Part shown: piece after piece, positions 22,656 through 35,210 of the stretch
Position numbering within the stretch: position 1 is the first letter of the stretch
Layout: the number at the start of each line of letters is the position of its first letter
From: Prorocentrum cordatum
Taxonomy: Eukaryota
Length of the DNA: 64,000 nt
Assembly (NCBI GenBank): GCA_963575745.1
Contig: CAUYUJ010000002.1
Span: 868,001-932,000 of the forward strand
Reading direction: 5' to 3'
The notes under the pieces: model-generated
What the model was told of the DNA's origin: nothing
Database searches by the model: none
What the model saw: only the letters and a program-made list of their open reading frames with translations
Translations under genes and position numbers: made by a program

Positions 22656-23843
22656 GTAAGGCGCTCAGGACCGCGATCCAGCGATCTGGGGATCTAGGGC
22701 GCCTGGGGGGCCTAGATATGCGATCTATGCGATCTATGCGATCTATGCGATCTAGGTCGCCACCTGTGCGATCTATGCGATCTATGCGGTCTATGCGATC
22801 TATGCGACCTATGCGATCTATGCGACCTATGCGATCTATGTGACCTATGCGATCTATGCGATCTATGCGGCCTATGTCGCCACCTATGCGACCTATGCGA
22901 TCTATGCGACCTATGCGACCTATGCGATCTATGCGACCTATGCGATCTATGCGATCTATGCGATCTATGCGATCTATGCGACCTAGGTCGCCTAGGTCGC
23001 CGCCTGTGCGATCTATGCGACCTATGCGGTCTATGCGATCTATGCGACCTAGGTCGCCGCCTGTGCGATCTATGCGACCTATGCGATCTATGCGATCTAT
23101 GCGACCTAGGTCGCCATCTGGGCCTAGGTCGCATAGATCGCATAGATCGCATAGATCGCACAGGCGGCGACCTAGGTCGCATAGATCGCATAGATCGCAT
23201 AGGTCGCATAGGTCGCATAGGTGGCGACCTAGGTCGGCACCTATGCGACCTACCTATGCGATCTATGCGATCTATGCGACCTAGGCCGTCACCTATGCGA
23301 CCTATGCCTATGCGATCTATGCGATCTATGCGATCTATGCGACCTAGGCCCAGATGGCGACCTAGGTCGCATAGATCGCATAGATCGCATAGGTCGCATA
23401 GATCGCACAGGCGGCGACCTAGGTCGCATAGATCGCATAGATCGCATAGGTCGCATAGATCGCACAGGCGGCGACCTAGATCGCATAGATCGCATAGATC
23501 GCATAGGTCGCAAAGATCGCACAGGTGGCGACCTAGGTCGCACAGATAGCATAGATTGCTTAGATCGCATAGGTCGCATAGATCGCATAGGTCGCACAGG
23601 TGGCGACCTAGGTCGCATAGATAGCATAGGTCGCATAGATCGCATAGACCGCATAGATCGCATAGGTCGCAAAGATCGCCCAGATGGCGACCTAGGTCGC
23701 ATAGATCGCCTAGGTCGCATAGATCGCGTAGATCGCATAGGTCGCATAGATCGCATAGAGCGCATAGATCGCATAGATCGCATAGGTCGCATACATCGCA
23801 TGGGTTGCATATACCGCATAGATCATGTGGTCGCCTCCCTCAG
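22656..23843 (+). other. 1188-nt phase-1 GT-AG intron made of palindromically arranged 9-bp repeats (GCGAYCTAT)
   Basis: Donor GTAAGG, acceptor CTCCCTCAG; splicing yields the Walker A GKGGNGKS. Confidence 0.85.
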
Positions 23844-26800
23844 GTGGCAACGGGAAGTCGCTGCGGTCGAAGCTGACCTTGGCTGCGCTCGGCGAGACCA
23901 TGGTGCAGTTTGCCAGCACGTACCTCCTCACCAGAGACAGGGAGTTCCAGGTCTCCGCAAAGCGTCTCATCGGCGCCATGGCCGTCATCTTCCAGGAGGT
24001 GCAGAAGGGCGAGAAGATCCAGGAGGTCGTGGCTAAGAATTTGTTCGCCAGGGCAGAGCTGCTCGTTCGTGAGAATCATGGGAAATCAGAGGACGAGCGC
24101 CATTACGCGTGGACGTTCGCGGACTTCGTCATCGAGTTGAATCACGCTTTCCGCATCGAGTGCGACGATGATGCGCTTCACGCCTGGCGGCGCCGTCTGC
24201 TGCTGATCGCCTTCGAGGGCGACTTCACTCGCAACACGGCCTTGGTCTCGGTTGAGCATGGCCTCTTCTTGGCTGACCCCGAACTGGAGGACTGGGCCTC
24301 ATCTGGCGTGGCGGGCTTCATCCACATGACCCGAGGCATCCTGCCTCTCATCGAGAAGTACTCGGCGTCCGCGGCCTACGACAAGCTGGACAATCCCTCA
24401 CCAGCGCGCGCTGCAATGAACGAAGAGTTCCTGAACGACATCAGGGCGTCGGACGGCCGCGACGGAGCTGGCCTGGCTGGCGGGCTTCGTGGCCACGGCG
24501 ACCAGGCGGACGCCGCGTCGGATCCACTCTCTCGGGCTTCCACGCTCCTTGCCGTCATGCATCTCGACGAGGACACCTGCGTGACGGACAGCCAGCGAGA
24601 GCGCGCGAAGGCGGGGGCTTGCATCAAGGGGGGGCGGCAGTCTGACAAGAAGGATGCCTGGGACCGCATGAAGGCCGCGGCCATGTGGAAACCCGTAGTG
24701 CGACAATGGGGCCGCAAGGTCCCCTACTACTATCCAGCCTTGTGCGCCGACGCCGACCTCAGCGCACTGTTCCCGGACATTGACAACCTCGCGATTCCCA
24801 TCGGGGCCGTCTTCCCCGAGAAATTCAATTTGGACCGCCTGAAGGACTACGTGAGGTGCCCGGAGAGGAAGCGCAACCACCATGCGCTGATCAAGCATCT
24901 TGAGGCAGCGCAAGCAGGGGCGGCGGGCGTCAGAAAGCAAAGCAGGTCTTCGCAAGATGACCTGGAATAATTTCAGGCGAGGTCGCGACACGAGCAGTCG
25001 CTCAAGTCAACCTGGGCGGCGGCTAACCAGTTGCTCGAGGAACGTGAGGGCGGCGATGGGGCTCTCCAGGTCAAGTACCACTTCCCAGCCATCGGGGACT
25101 TGCGCGTGCGCAGCAGGAGACGCGCAGAGGGCACGGCGTCGCAGAGCCTGAGCAAGCAGATCCAGACTATTGTGCAGCCAGACGTCGTGAAGTTGGACTG
25201 GCGCAAATGTTTCCTGACCCTCGCGCCCCAGGTCATGAAGCGCATGAAGATAAATCTGAACGGCCACTCCTCGGAGCAAGGGCGCGCCATCGAGGCCGTT
25301 GCCGCATGGCCCGACATCGACGCCAAGAAGACCCTGGCGCTCAGCGTCCTGTTTGGCAAAAAGAATGCAGGCGACCAGTGCCAGGCCATGGAGCGGGACG
25401 CGAGAGTGCTCCGCTGGGCGGCATCGTCTGCACTGCCCGACGTTTTCAAGGCCGCCGTCGAGGACGAGAGGGGCAACCCCGAGCTCACGTGCGTGTCGAG
25501 GCTCCTCGAAGGGGCGGAGGACGCCTACACCGAGGCGTTGGTGAAGTTCGTTCAGGAGAAGCGGGGCAGCGCGGTGTCCCACCTCGCTTGGGAATTCGAC
25601 GGCATCGGGGTGAACGTCGGCGTGCTCGATGACGCGCACGCTTTCATCACCGATGCTGAGAACTACGTCCACAAGGCGACGGGTTACAAGATGCACCTCG
25701 CTGCGAGAAGGAGCGCTCGTTGCTTGAGACACTTGCGGCGAGCGGACAGCAGCTGCCCGTCGACGACGGGCCTGGGGGCCCCGACCAGATGGCGTCGTAC
25801 TTCGCCGATGGCAATTGCATCCAGGCCGCAGTGGTCGCATCCTGCGGGTGCGGCAAGCCACCCCTTCCAGCCCCAGAGGCAAACTCGCGCTCCTATCGCG
25901 AGGTCGCCCAGCACTTCGATATCAGGCTCCACGGCGCCTGCGTCCTGGACGTGCTCTTCCAGCTCGCATCGGGCCGCGCCCTGGATGCAGGCGACTACCT
26001 CTTGCACAGCGAGCCTGGCGGGGAGGCTCATTGCGTGCTTCTCCGCGCGTCGGCAGTGGTTCAGGGGGAGAACGGACCAGAGCAGACGTTCGATCTGATC
26101 GGCACCCATTGTGGTCACGAGGAACGGCGGTCCAAGTGCAGGGTTAGCGCGGTCGAATTTTGCAGGGCGATCGGGGGCGCGGCCGATAAACGCCTGGCCG
26201 TGCTCTTCCGCATTAACGGCAGCATGGCCCGCTCCACGGATGCTTTGATGGACCTGCAAGCAGGCGCCTCTGCGAGTCCGCCAGTCGATGTGCAGCTGCC
26301 GATCGCCGCCGCAGAACCAGGCGGAGTCGACGTGGGGTTGCCGTCCGACTGCGAGGAGGACGCCGACGAACCCGACGAGCCCTCATTCATGGAGATGTTC
26401 TGCAACGTGCTTGGAAAGGAGGCCGCGGACTACCAGGTCGAGGTCGGTGGATGTCGATCCCGCGTTCAATGCCGCTGTCTCCTGTGCCCTTGGCGATCGT
26501 TCAGCCGCCGCGAGCACCTCATCGAACACCAGAAGCACCACAGGCCGCCGAAGTTCGTCGCGTCTCGGGAGGACGATGCCCTCTTCAAGGTCGCTATGTC
26601 GCTGTACAGGTTCGACCGCGTCTGCTCGGTGTTGAACCGCGCGGCTCAGAAAGACGGCGGCTACCTGGCCCGCGCTGCCGGTCTGCTTCGAGAATGGAAT
26701 CGCGACGCTCCAGCGGAAGCGCTGGAGGCTGCGCGCCACTCCAACGAAGCCCACCTCGTCTTCGTCTTCACAGAGGCGGGCCCGCGGTACTGGTTGCGCG

Positions 26801-28302
26801 CCAAGTGCATTGACTGCGTCCGCATTAACGCCAAGATCTCGTACACCAAAGGCTTCGAGGATTCCCTGATCAGCCTGGCCTTGGTCTCGCACGGGGCGAT
26901 GAATGGCGTGATGGGCCATCTCCACAGGCAGTGGTCCCGCGACGGCACGTCGCCTTTCCTGGCCTGCCGCCCCCAGCTCTTGCGGGAGATCATGGACCAC
27001 GTGTTCCGCCGCCCCGACGGCCTGGCGCAGCTGTCGGTGCGACGGCTCATGGGCGAGGAAGTGGCCCGCGGCGAGTTCACGGCACTGACCCACGATGGCA
27101 CCTTCAAGTTCTTGTTCTCGGTCATCGGCCAGAAGAAAATGGACCAGAAGAAAGGCGGGATCTACGTCGGCCACACTCTGATGGGGATGACAGGAGCTTG
27201 CCCTGGATTCAGCGTCCAGCCCGATGAGAGCACGGAGAGCTTCGGTGCAGCGGTCAGGGAGCGGCTGACCCCCGCTGCGGTCGAGCAGGTGCGGATGCTT
27301 TACTCCGACGCCCCGAGCGAGAAGATGTTGGAGCATCTGCCGAGGTGTCTCGGCGTGGCACAGGACAGACTGCACATTGCCTTGCGGGCCGAGCAGTGCA
27401 CGGACGGGAAGAGGACGGCTTGCTCATTTGAGTTGCTGCAGCTCACGAGGAAGTTTTCCCGTCCTCTCGGCGTGCCCGAGGAGTACTTGACGAGGGAGAT
27501 CTACCATGGCCTCCCGATGCCCGAGGTGGTCTGGGGTGACGCGCAGCCCGCGCGCGAGCGTGCCGACAAGGACTGGGCGGATTTCTGCAACGAGCCTTTC
27601 GTCTCGCACGCGGAGTGCGTGGCCGAGTTGAGGCGCATAGTCCAGAAGCACGAGAAGATCATGGACAGGAAGAATTCCAAAGGCGTGCCGCTCCGAAAAG
27701 TTTTGGAGAGCGCGAGCTCCACGAATAACTACTACTACTTGCGCAACAATTCGGTGTTCGCCCAGCTCTCTCGCGGGCAATTGGTCGTCCAGGGCGCGCC
27801 CCAGAACGAGGCCGAGCACGGGAACATGAAGCGCTGGGCGTGGTGCGTGTGGCAGCAGCACGAAGACCGCGTCCACGTGCTCAAGGAGGTCTACGCCCTC
27901 TACCGCATGCTCGTCCATGCCGCCCAGCACGAGTCGCTCGGCACGCGGCTTCCGCCCTTGCGGCTCGCAGAGATGTTGGCCGGCCAGATCGCTGCTGGCG
28001 GTCTCAGGGACGGCATCGGGCCAGACGGATCGCTGCCTATCGGAGAGGATGGCCCGAGCGTATCTGTGCCCAACGGAAATGGGCCCAACCGCGGCGCACT
28101 CAGGAAGTCCCTCGTCAAGGTGGACGTCGGCTTGGCCGCGAAACAGAAAGAGGGAAAGAACAAGAGGGCAGCCGCGTGGAGCAAGGCTATGCCTGCAAAG
28201 AAGAAGCCGTGGGGGCACAGGAAGAGGGCGACGTCGACGAGGAAGTCCGCACCCTCCACCGTGCACGCCGTGGTCGAGGAGGTCGCGGGGATCCAGGCCT
28301 GA
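23844..28302 (+). pseudogene. ORF-B exon 2 (SF3 helicase, PolA-like, OTU-like, C2H2, DDE transposase); this copy has a stop at 24968-24970 and a 1-nt deletion near 25706
   Basis: GNGKS, VIFQE, ELNH, AWRRRLLLIAF; KLDW, KTLALSVLFG, WEFDGI; DGNC..AHC; CLLC..H..HH; DGTFK, YSD, DRLH, NEAEH; both lesions are absent in copy 2. Confidence 0.8.
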
Positions 28303-28749
28303 GGCGCAGTTCCCTGAATCTTGCGCTTCGAGGCGCGAAGCGCCGTAAGATTGCCCTGCTCTTGCGCCGCTATTAGGCATCGCCGCCGCACGCCTCTGTG
28401 ACTGCACTGTTCAGTCGGGAGACAGTAAGACTGGGCGTGATAAGGAGAGCACGGTGATTTATGACCACTCTGCTCGGCCGCTAGCATTTTGCACGGCCAC
28501 CGCAGGTATCATTTACTATCTTAGTACAGTCAGGAGGTTGCACGACTGGGGCTGCGAAAGAAAATGAAACCATGCATCGGGAATGTCGTACTTCTCATTG
28601 TTATTACCAGAAGTTTTGCACAATGCCCGTGGTCAGTGGTGAAGCTCGGATGCGTACCCCAGTATGCCATAAAGGCAAGCACCCAGATCTTCATACGTTG
28701 GACTGTTCTTGTGGCGGTCCCGGCGACCCCCAAAACAACCGAAAAACAT

Positions 28750-28801
28750 CTCTTGCCCACTAAAGCTTTTTGAGTGCCAGAAACCTGGTAGTGGGCAAGA
28801 G
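28750..28801. repeat. Solo copy of the 193-bp-array hairpin downstream of ORF-B
   Basis: CTCTTGCCCACTA (28750-28762) pairs with TAGTGGGCAAGAG (28789-28801). Confidence 0.85.
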
Positions 28802-29129
28802 CCTTTTTGGTGCTTCTGTGCAGCTAAATGTTTCTCGAGACCCGACATGCGGCCATTACGATTAATCCGCGAAGCCGGTGGAACCACAAACTTATCACAG
28901 GGAAGACCCAATGATCTTGCCCAGAACAAGACAAACACAAACATGAGCTTTGCCCCTAGGGTCTTTCGGGATCGAGAAAGCTGATATTGAGCACGAGGGT
29001 ATGTAGTTTAGTTTGCTTCGAGCCTACCCTTCGACGTTGATTGGATGCGCATTCAGGCCACCTAGATCTTTAGATCTCTAGGTGGCCTAGATGGGGCTCC
29101 TAGGCCGAATGGTCTGGGATGAGGCCTTT

Positions 29130-29162
29130 CCCCCCCCCCCCTCCCCCCCCCCCCCCCCCCCC

Positions 29163-29209
<47 letters not shown>

Positions 29210-29219
29210 ACCCCCCCCC

Positions 29220-29311
<92 letters not shown>

Positions 29312-29950
29312 ACCCCCCACACCGCCAGCAAACGACTCCCGGTCCCCACCACCGTCCGCATCACATCCCCCACTGGTGTTCCCAGCACCACTGTCCTCAC
29401 CACCGCTGTCCCCACTGGTTCCACCACCGCCCCTACTGTCCCCACCAGTGGCCCCACCACTGTCGCACTGTCCCCGCTGTCCCCAGAACTGTTCCCACCA
29501 CGGTTCCACTCTCCCCACTGTCTCCACGGCCCCAACCACTGCCCGACTATCCCCACTGTCCCCACTGTCCCACTGACTCCTCCGCTGTCCCACTGAGCTG
29601 TCCCACTGTTCCCACCACTGTCCCCACTGTCCCCACCACTGTCCCCGCTGTACCTCTGTCCCATTGTCCCACCGCCGTCCTCGCCACCGCCTTCACCGCT
29701 GTCCCCACCACCATTGTACCCTCCACTGTCCCACTGTTTCCACCTCATTCCCATTGTCCCCACACCACTGTCCCCACCACCACCGTCACCACCACTGTCC
29801 ACTGCCCCCCCCTGTTCCCACCATTGTCCCCACCACTGTCCCCACCACTACGTCCCCACCACTGTCCCCTGTCCCACTGTCCCACCACTGTCCTCGCTAT
29901 CCCCTCAACACTGTCCCCGCAACACCCACCCCCACACTGTCCGCACCCCC
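29130..29950. repeat. Poly-C run followed by an ACTGTCCCC(ACC) minisatellite inside the element's right arm
   Basis: Direct inspection; the C-run is about 190 nt here and about 30 nt in copy 2. Confidence 0.85.
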
Positions 29951-29974
29951 ACTCGGTTTTCGAGGGGGGGGGGG

Positions 29975-30212
29975 GCTCGAAACCGGCAGTGACCCCACCC
30001 GGTTTCCGGATCCGGAGGGAGGTGGGGGGGGGTTCGAAACCGGTAGTGACCCCCCCCCCCCCCCCTTTTCATGATGAGCAGGGGGGGGGGGGGGGGGAGG
30101 GGTTCGAACCGGTAGTGACCCCCCCCGGTTTTCCGGAGGGGGGGGGGGAGGGGTTCGAACCGGTAGTGACCCCCCCCGGTTTTCCGCCAGCAGCGGTAGA
30201 ACACGCTCTTTC
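29975..30212 (-). repeat. Right subterminal repeats and right TIR
   Basis: About four copies of GGGGTTCGAACCGGTAGTGACCCC, then AGCAGCGGTAGAACACGCTCTTTC. Confidence 0.85.
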
Positions 30213-33200
30213 CTGCCTTCAAAGCCGCGGGGTCCACCGGCAGTAGTGCTTCGCGCACTTCGTCGTTATGGAAAAGAGCAACATATGAGTGGCCCCAACC
30301 CCTCCTCACGGGAATCCGCCGTCCTACTAATACCAGCAAAACTCCGCATATCTATCTCTACCTGGCGCGTAAGAGGTGGGGCTCGTCGAGCAAGGTGCCC
30401 TCGGGGACCCAGGGAAGGCGGGCCGTTGTCCAAGGGCCCCCAGAGGGCAGCAATGACCTGGGCGGGGGCCTCGGGGTCACGGACCATCTTCTGGGCCCAG
30501 GCGAACCTTCGGGAGGCCTGCGCGCACCTAGTAGGGATGGCCTCCGCTGTCTACGAAGAGCAGAATGAGGCAAGCTCGCAGGGTGCGCCCCCGTCCAGTC
30601 GGCAGCTTTCTCTCGCTCGAGCGTGCGCAAATACTTGGCAATGATGCTGTCAATCTGGTCAGTCATCTCTGCCGTGAAAGCGTAGGGCTCATTCGCCGAT
30701 AAGCCTGCTTCGATCGCGTGCCCTTGAAACGATGGGATCTTGAGCTTACTCGATATTTTGCTTCTTCAAAACTTTCTCTATTTAGCCCATCCAGTTTTCA
30801 TTGCCGATCTCCTATATTGACATTCTCCCATAGTAGCTAGATTCCAAGCGCGGCGGCCTCAAAGATACCGAGCCCTCGCTAGTACTTCGCCCTCCGTGGT
30901 TAGTTCTCCGAATCGTTGTGTCTCTTGTTTGTTGTGAAAACTAGGCACGATGTTCCTCTTCTCCTTGTTGTGTAATAACTCCACTTCTCGAAGGGCGACG
31001 CCGAGATGTGCGTCGCTCTGGTTCGTGAGAAGGCGGGCCTCTCCGGCCTCTCCACCCGGCGCCGGTAGCTCATCGGAAATATCGTCAGCGATTACGCTAG
31101 CACCTCCTTCGAGTTCCCTCGCGAAGATGCCGCGCTTCAGAGTAAAGCTGAGATGCGGCGGTCGGGCATTTCCCCACATCTCGAACGGTCGTTGCATGAT
31201 CTTCGCGAAGGCAACTGGTTCTTCACTCGATCCCATCAGTCCCCCGCACCCGTGTCGCACTACCAGGTTCCTTTCATCTTCCCATGGCTCGCCCCCTCCT
31301 TCCGCGAAGCTCATGAAGATGGCTGCGCGCGCGCAGCTCGATGCAGAAAGAATGGAACGTCCTGCTCGCTAACTAGCTCTTGTGCTGCCTGCTGCCGTGC
31401 CTGCGGGGTGGTGGAGGCGAATGCATTCGACGCGTCGCGGAGGTTGTCGAGGTGGCCGAGATTCCTTCGGCGAGGACGAGCGCCCGCGCCAAGCTGGACT
31501 GCGAGGGCGTCTTCGCGCCGTCGCCCTGGTAAAAAAACCGCGGAGCTCTGCAGGCCAACTCGGGGTCCGTGACCTCGATCCCCTCCTCTCAGTGGTGCTC
31601 CGAAAAAAGCTGTTCCAGCGCGGGCAAAATGCGTGAATGAGTCTTTCCCCGCCAGGCCCCTGCATTCCATTCGGCTTGTTCAGAGGATGGCCCCACGAGA
31701 GGTGCCCAAGCTTGGGGGTTCTCTTGAGGCCCCGAGACTACCAATGAATAGCTCCGAGATGCTCGCTCGCCAGAGAAGGGGGTAGTTCGCCTACTCGTTC
31801 AGCGCCCAGCCCGAGTCTCGGCTCGTCGGCCTTCGAAACATAGCTGGCGTCTGCCGCCATCAGGAATATCTCCGATGACAAACTCCAGGGGGGGGGGGGG
31901 GGGGCGCGACGTTTTGGGCGCTTCTTGAAGAACTTCAATGTCTGCTGCGTGTCTTTTTTTTGGCCCAGTGCTCGTGCCGCTCAAGATCTTCGGGGCTGAG
32001 ATCGCCGATGGGTTAGGCGAGGGCTCGAGCTCTGCCGCAAAGTCGATCGCCAGGGCATCCATTCCGCCATTCTGCGGAAATTCTTCTAGGACATGTAGCC
32101 ACTCCTCTCTGTCAGAGCGCGGCTGCGGGATGCCATGCTCGCGCTTGCGAGGGCCGCCGCAGCGCTCAGCGAGCAAGAGAAAAACAAACCAAAACGATGC
32201 GCTTCGGCAAATCGGCGGAGTCGGGCGACCGCGTGCATGTCAATTTCGATTCGTCTCCGTCGGTCGGCACGTTCTTGTCGCATGAGTCGTCGGAGCTCCA
32301 GTCGGATCTCTCGAAGTTCGCTGTATTCGGGAAATCCGATCGAGTTGGATCTCAAAATCTCGGCACATTCGTAGCCCTGCCCCCGAAGTCGATCCCGAGC
32401 TACCGCTCGTAGTCGTGCGAGTTCGTCTCGCCGGGCACGCGTGCGGCTGACCTCCGGATGAGCTTCCTTGGGCCTAGCCAGAAAAACCACGCCGTGTCTC
32501 TAACCAGCGTGGTCCACCACTGCCGGCAGGCGTCCAAATCTCCACTTTGCCTATGTCGGTCTAACTCTTGGCGCTCCCGAAATTTGTTCCCAAGGCCTCC
32601 CGGAACTCGAGTCGATTGGCTCCTTCTTGCAGAGCAAGCGCGATCCTGTCACGGCCCCGACGCTGTTGGGTGGTCTCCGGGGCCATGTGTTAGTAAGCAG
32701 CGAATTCCAGGATAATGGGGGCGTGCTCGCGTGGTCTAGCATCGGGCATGACTTGCAGCCGCCTGGCCGCCTTCCAACGAATCGGACACCTCCGAACTTG
32801 GTCCAATCGGCCCATGGGGATCAGGATGTGGTCCACCGTGCTCGCGGCCCCGTCGAGGCCAAAGTAGGTAGGGCCCGCCTGAGGGTAGAAGGAACCCACG
32901 TCCATGACGTCATGGGGAATAACCAGCTCATCCCAGATCATGTCCCCGACGAGGGACTGAATGCCAAGATGGTGCTCGCCTGCATTCGGGATCTTCTCGG
33001 AGCGCCTCAGACTCAAGGTTCCCGAGGATATCGGAACCCGTTGCGGTACCCGAAGCCATAGTTTAAATCCCCAGGGGCGATGGGTGTAGAGCGTGACGGC
33101 GTCTGTTTGGAACGATCAATAATGATTGTTGCGAACTCCCTCGATCCCTTCTCTGATTCTTTCATTTTTTTCGCATGTTCGTCCTTGATCGGTGGCAGGT

Positions 33201-33570
33201 ATGCCAACATGAAGGTGAGGTCGGACGATCCTTTGGCAACTCTGACGGCGAGACCACGTCCCTTGGCACACGAAGGTGGCGCATGAATCTCACGTGCGCG
33301 TTTCCGTTCGAATCTTTTCCCAACCATCAACATGCATCCAACTGCTCTGTTACTGAACGGTGCAATCTCCCATCCTGCAAAAATAGAGGATCCTCGCTCC
33401 TGTGCGACTTCTTGAACAGGTCGGTCTGCCTGTGCCCTGACTGAGTCTAGTACCGGGCAACGCTACGATATCCAGATTCAACTCCTTCCATCTCTGTTGT
33501 GTCCTGCCTACTTCAATCAAGGACAACGGGTTGTACAACGCACGTCTGACAAAGGATGGCACCATAGGCC
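30213..33570 (-). mobile_element. Decayed LINE ORF2 (APE endonuclease plus RT), the proximal part of the interrupted LINE
   Basis: YNPLSL..DIVALPGTR, AYLPP, GDLN, PTYFG..TVDHILIP, REHAPI (APE); GCGGLMGSSEEP and neighbouring RT-like segments; many frameshifts. Confidence 0.7.
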
Positions 33571-35210
33571 CTTGTGGGCGAGCGCGGGCCCCTGGCTCCT
33601 CGCCCCGAAGAGCTCTGGGTGGGCCCAGAAATTCACGAAGTGTGTAAGGTCATGGTGCAGTGCGTGGATGCCGCGCGCGGAAAGGGGTGATTCCTGAAGC
33701 GGCTAGAAGGGAGGAGGGGGAAGAGGGTGGTTTCGAATTTGTCTTTGACAGCGGTTGATCACTCAGGAACGATGGGCCGCGGTTAGTTGGAATGTGATAG
33801 CGGGCCCAATGTAGACATTGCAGGCGCGTGTCGCTCAACGACTCCGCCGTCTAGGAACAATGATATTGTGGAACGACCAACCGTGGTCCGTAACTCCAGG
33901 GGAACCAACCGTGGTCGGGATCTCCAGGAGACCGTGCACCAAGCCCCCGGCTGGTTTTCCGCGCGAGATCACTTCACCGCTCCCGCATGAATCCGTTGTC
34001 AGCATCACTCAATAACTGAGGCAAATCATCATCCACTGGGAAGGGAAACCACGGCTGGACAATGAGGCAGGGAGCGCGCACGCTTGCTTGAACTATGTGA
34101 AGATCGCACTCGGTCAATCAAGGGTGTCGGATACAGTCGGGCGGGTGCTAATGGGGGGTGGCCCAAATGGGGGGTGAACTTGTGGGGTCAAAGGCCCGGA
34201 TAGCAGGGCGCAAAAAGGACGTGGAAAGACCTGTCGAAGAACTCTGGAAAGAGATTCCGAAAGACCTTCTGAAGAACTTCCAGGCACCCGTATTGGGAAA
34301 CGCTTAGAAAAAAACCTCTCGGGACCCGCTGAATGCTCAAGCAAGTCGCGCCGATGCTTTTTCACGGAAGACAAAACGACCTCCGGGGCTATCCTGCGGC
34401 TCTGGCTTCTTAATATGGAGCCTTCTTCTTACGATCCATCCAGGAAGAAGTGGGCCCTAAAGGGACCCCTTCGGGCCCCTTCTGGAACCAGCAAGTGCCC
34501 GAAAAGGCCCCTTTGGGGCTCTTTCCTTCACCCCCAATTAGCGTCACCCCCCATAGCGATGAGCCGAGGTCGGTAGTCGGTTGGCCATCTCCCACGAATG
34601 ACAGGCCACAGTTGTGAGTCAGGGGGGGCCGCCTTCTGGGCCGCCACAAGTTACTTCGACGGAGACACACACTGGGTACAATGGCTGGCATGGGCCCCAT
34701 GGGCTGCATCTTCTTTTGAATCGCCAACAGCGGCTGGCTACTCCCAAGGAGCGGCCGACCGCAATTCTTTTTTTTAAACCGTCCCGTGGTGTTGGGTCCT
34801 TGTTTTGGGAAAGCGGTCCCCGCGTTCCTTCCCTCCCTCCTCCCTTCTTTCCTCCCCCCCCTCCTCCCTCCTCCCATCCCTGCCTTGCTTGCGCATGTTC
34901 CTCGTCGTCGTTTCGTGCCCCAGAAGGAGCTCCACCGAAGGCCCCAGTTGCGGTGCCCAATGCATGCGCAATGCGTTGCCCCCATCTGCATTATGAATTC
35001 GTGGCCCCATAAGGAACTCCACCTGATGCCCCCCTGGCGGTGTGCACACGCGTTTCCCCCACCCAGCACAACGCTTCGGGGCCCCAGAGGGAGCTCCACC
35101 TATGGCCAAAATGGCGGTGTCCTCATTCGTTCGCCCCACCCAGCACGGCGCTTCGTGGCCCCATAGGGAACCCCACCTAAGGCCCCAGTGGCGGTGTGCA
35201 CAGGCGTCTC

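Larger units (their letters stand above)
18334..30212 (+). mobile_element. 11.9-kb TIR DNA transposon encoding a helicase-polymerase-transposase polyprotein and a cargo gene
   Basis: TIRs at 18334-18357 and 30189-30212 (20/24 identical); perfect 8-bp TSD CTGCCTTC at 18326-18333 and 30213-30220; the empty site restores the LINE ORF; internal DDE motifs. Confidence 0.9.

Noticed and set aside
22712..23819. ORFs of (MRS)n / (SHR)n
   Set aside because: Translations of the 9-bp intron satellite, not independent genes
29130..29320. Poly-Pro/poly-Gly ORFs and the very long C-run
   Set aside because: Homopolymer whose length differs greatly between copies; may be a sequencing artefact
18334..30212. 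Polinton/Maverick, virophage or Helitron assignment
   Set aside because: No PolB, capsid, packaging ATPase, rve integrase or HUH/PIF1 motifs seen; the TSD is 8 bp and TIRs are present
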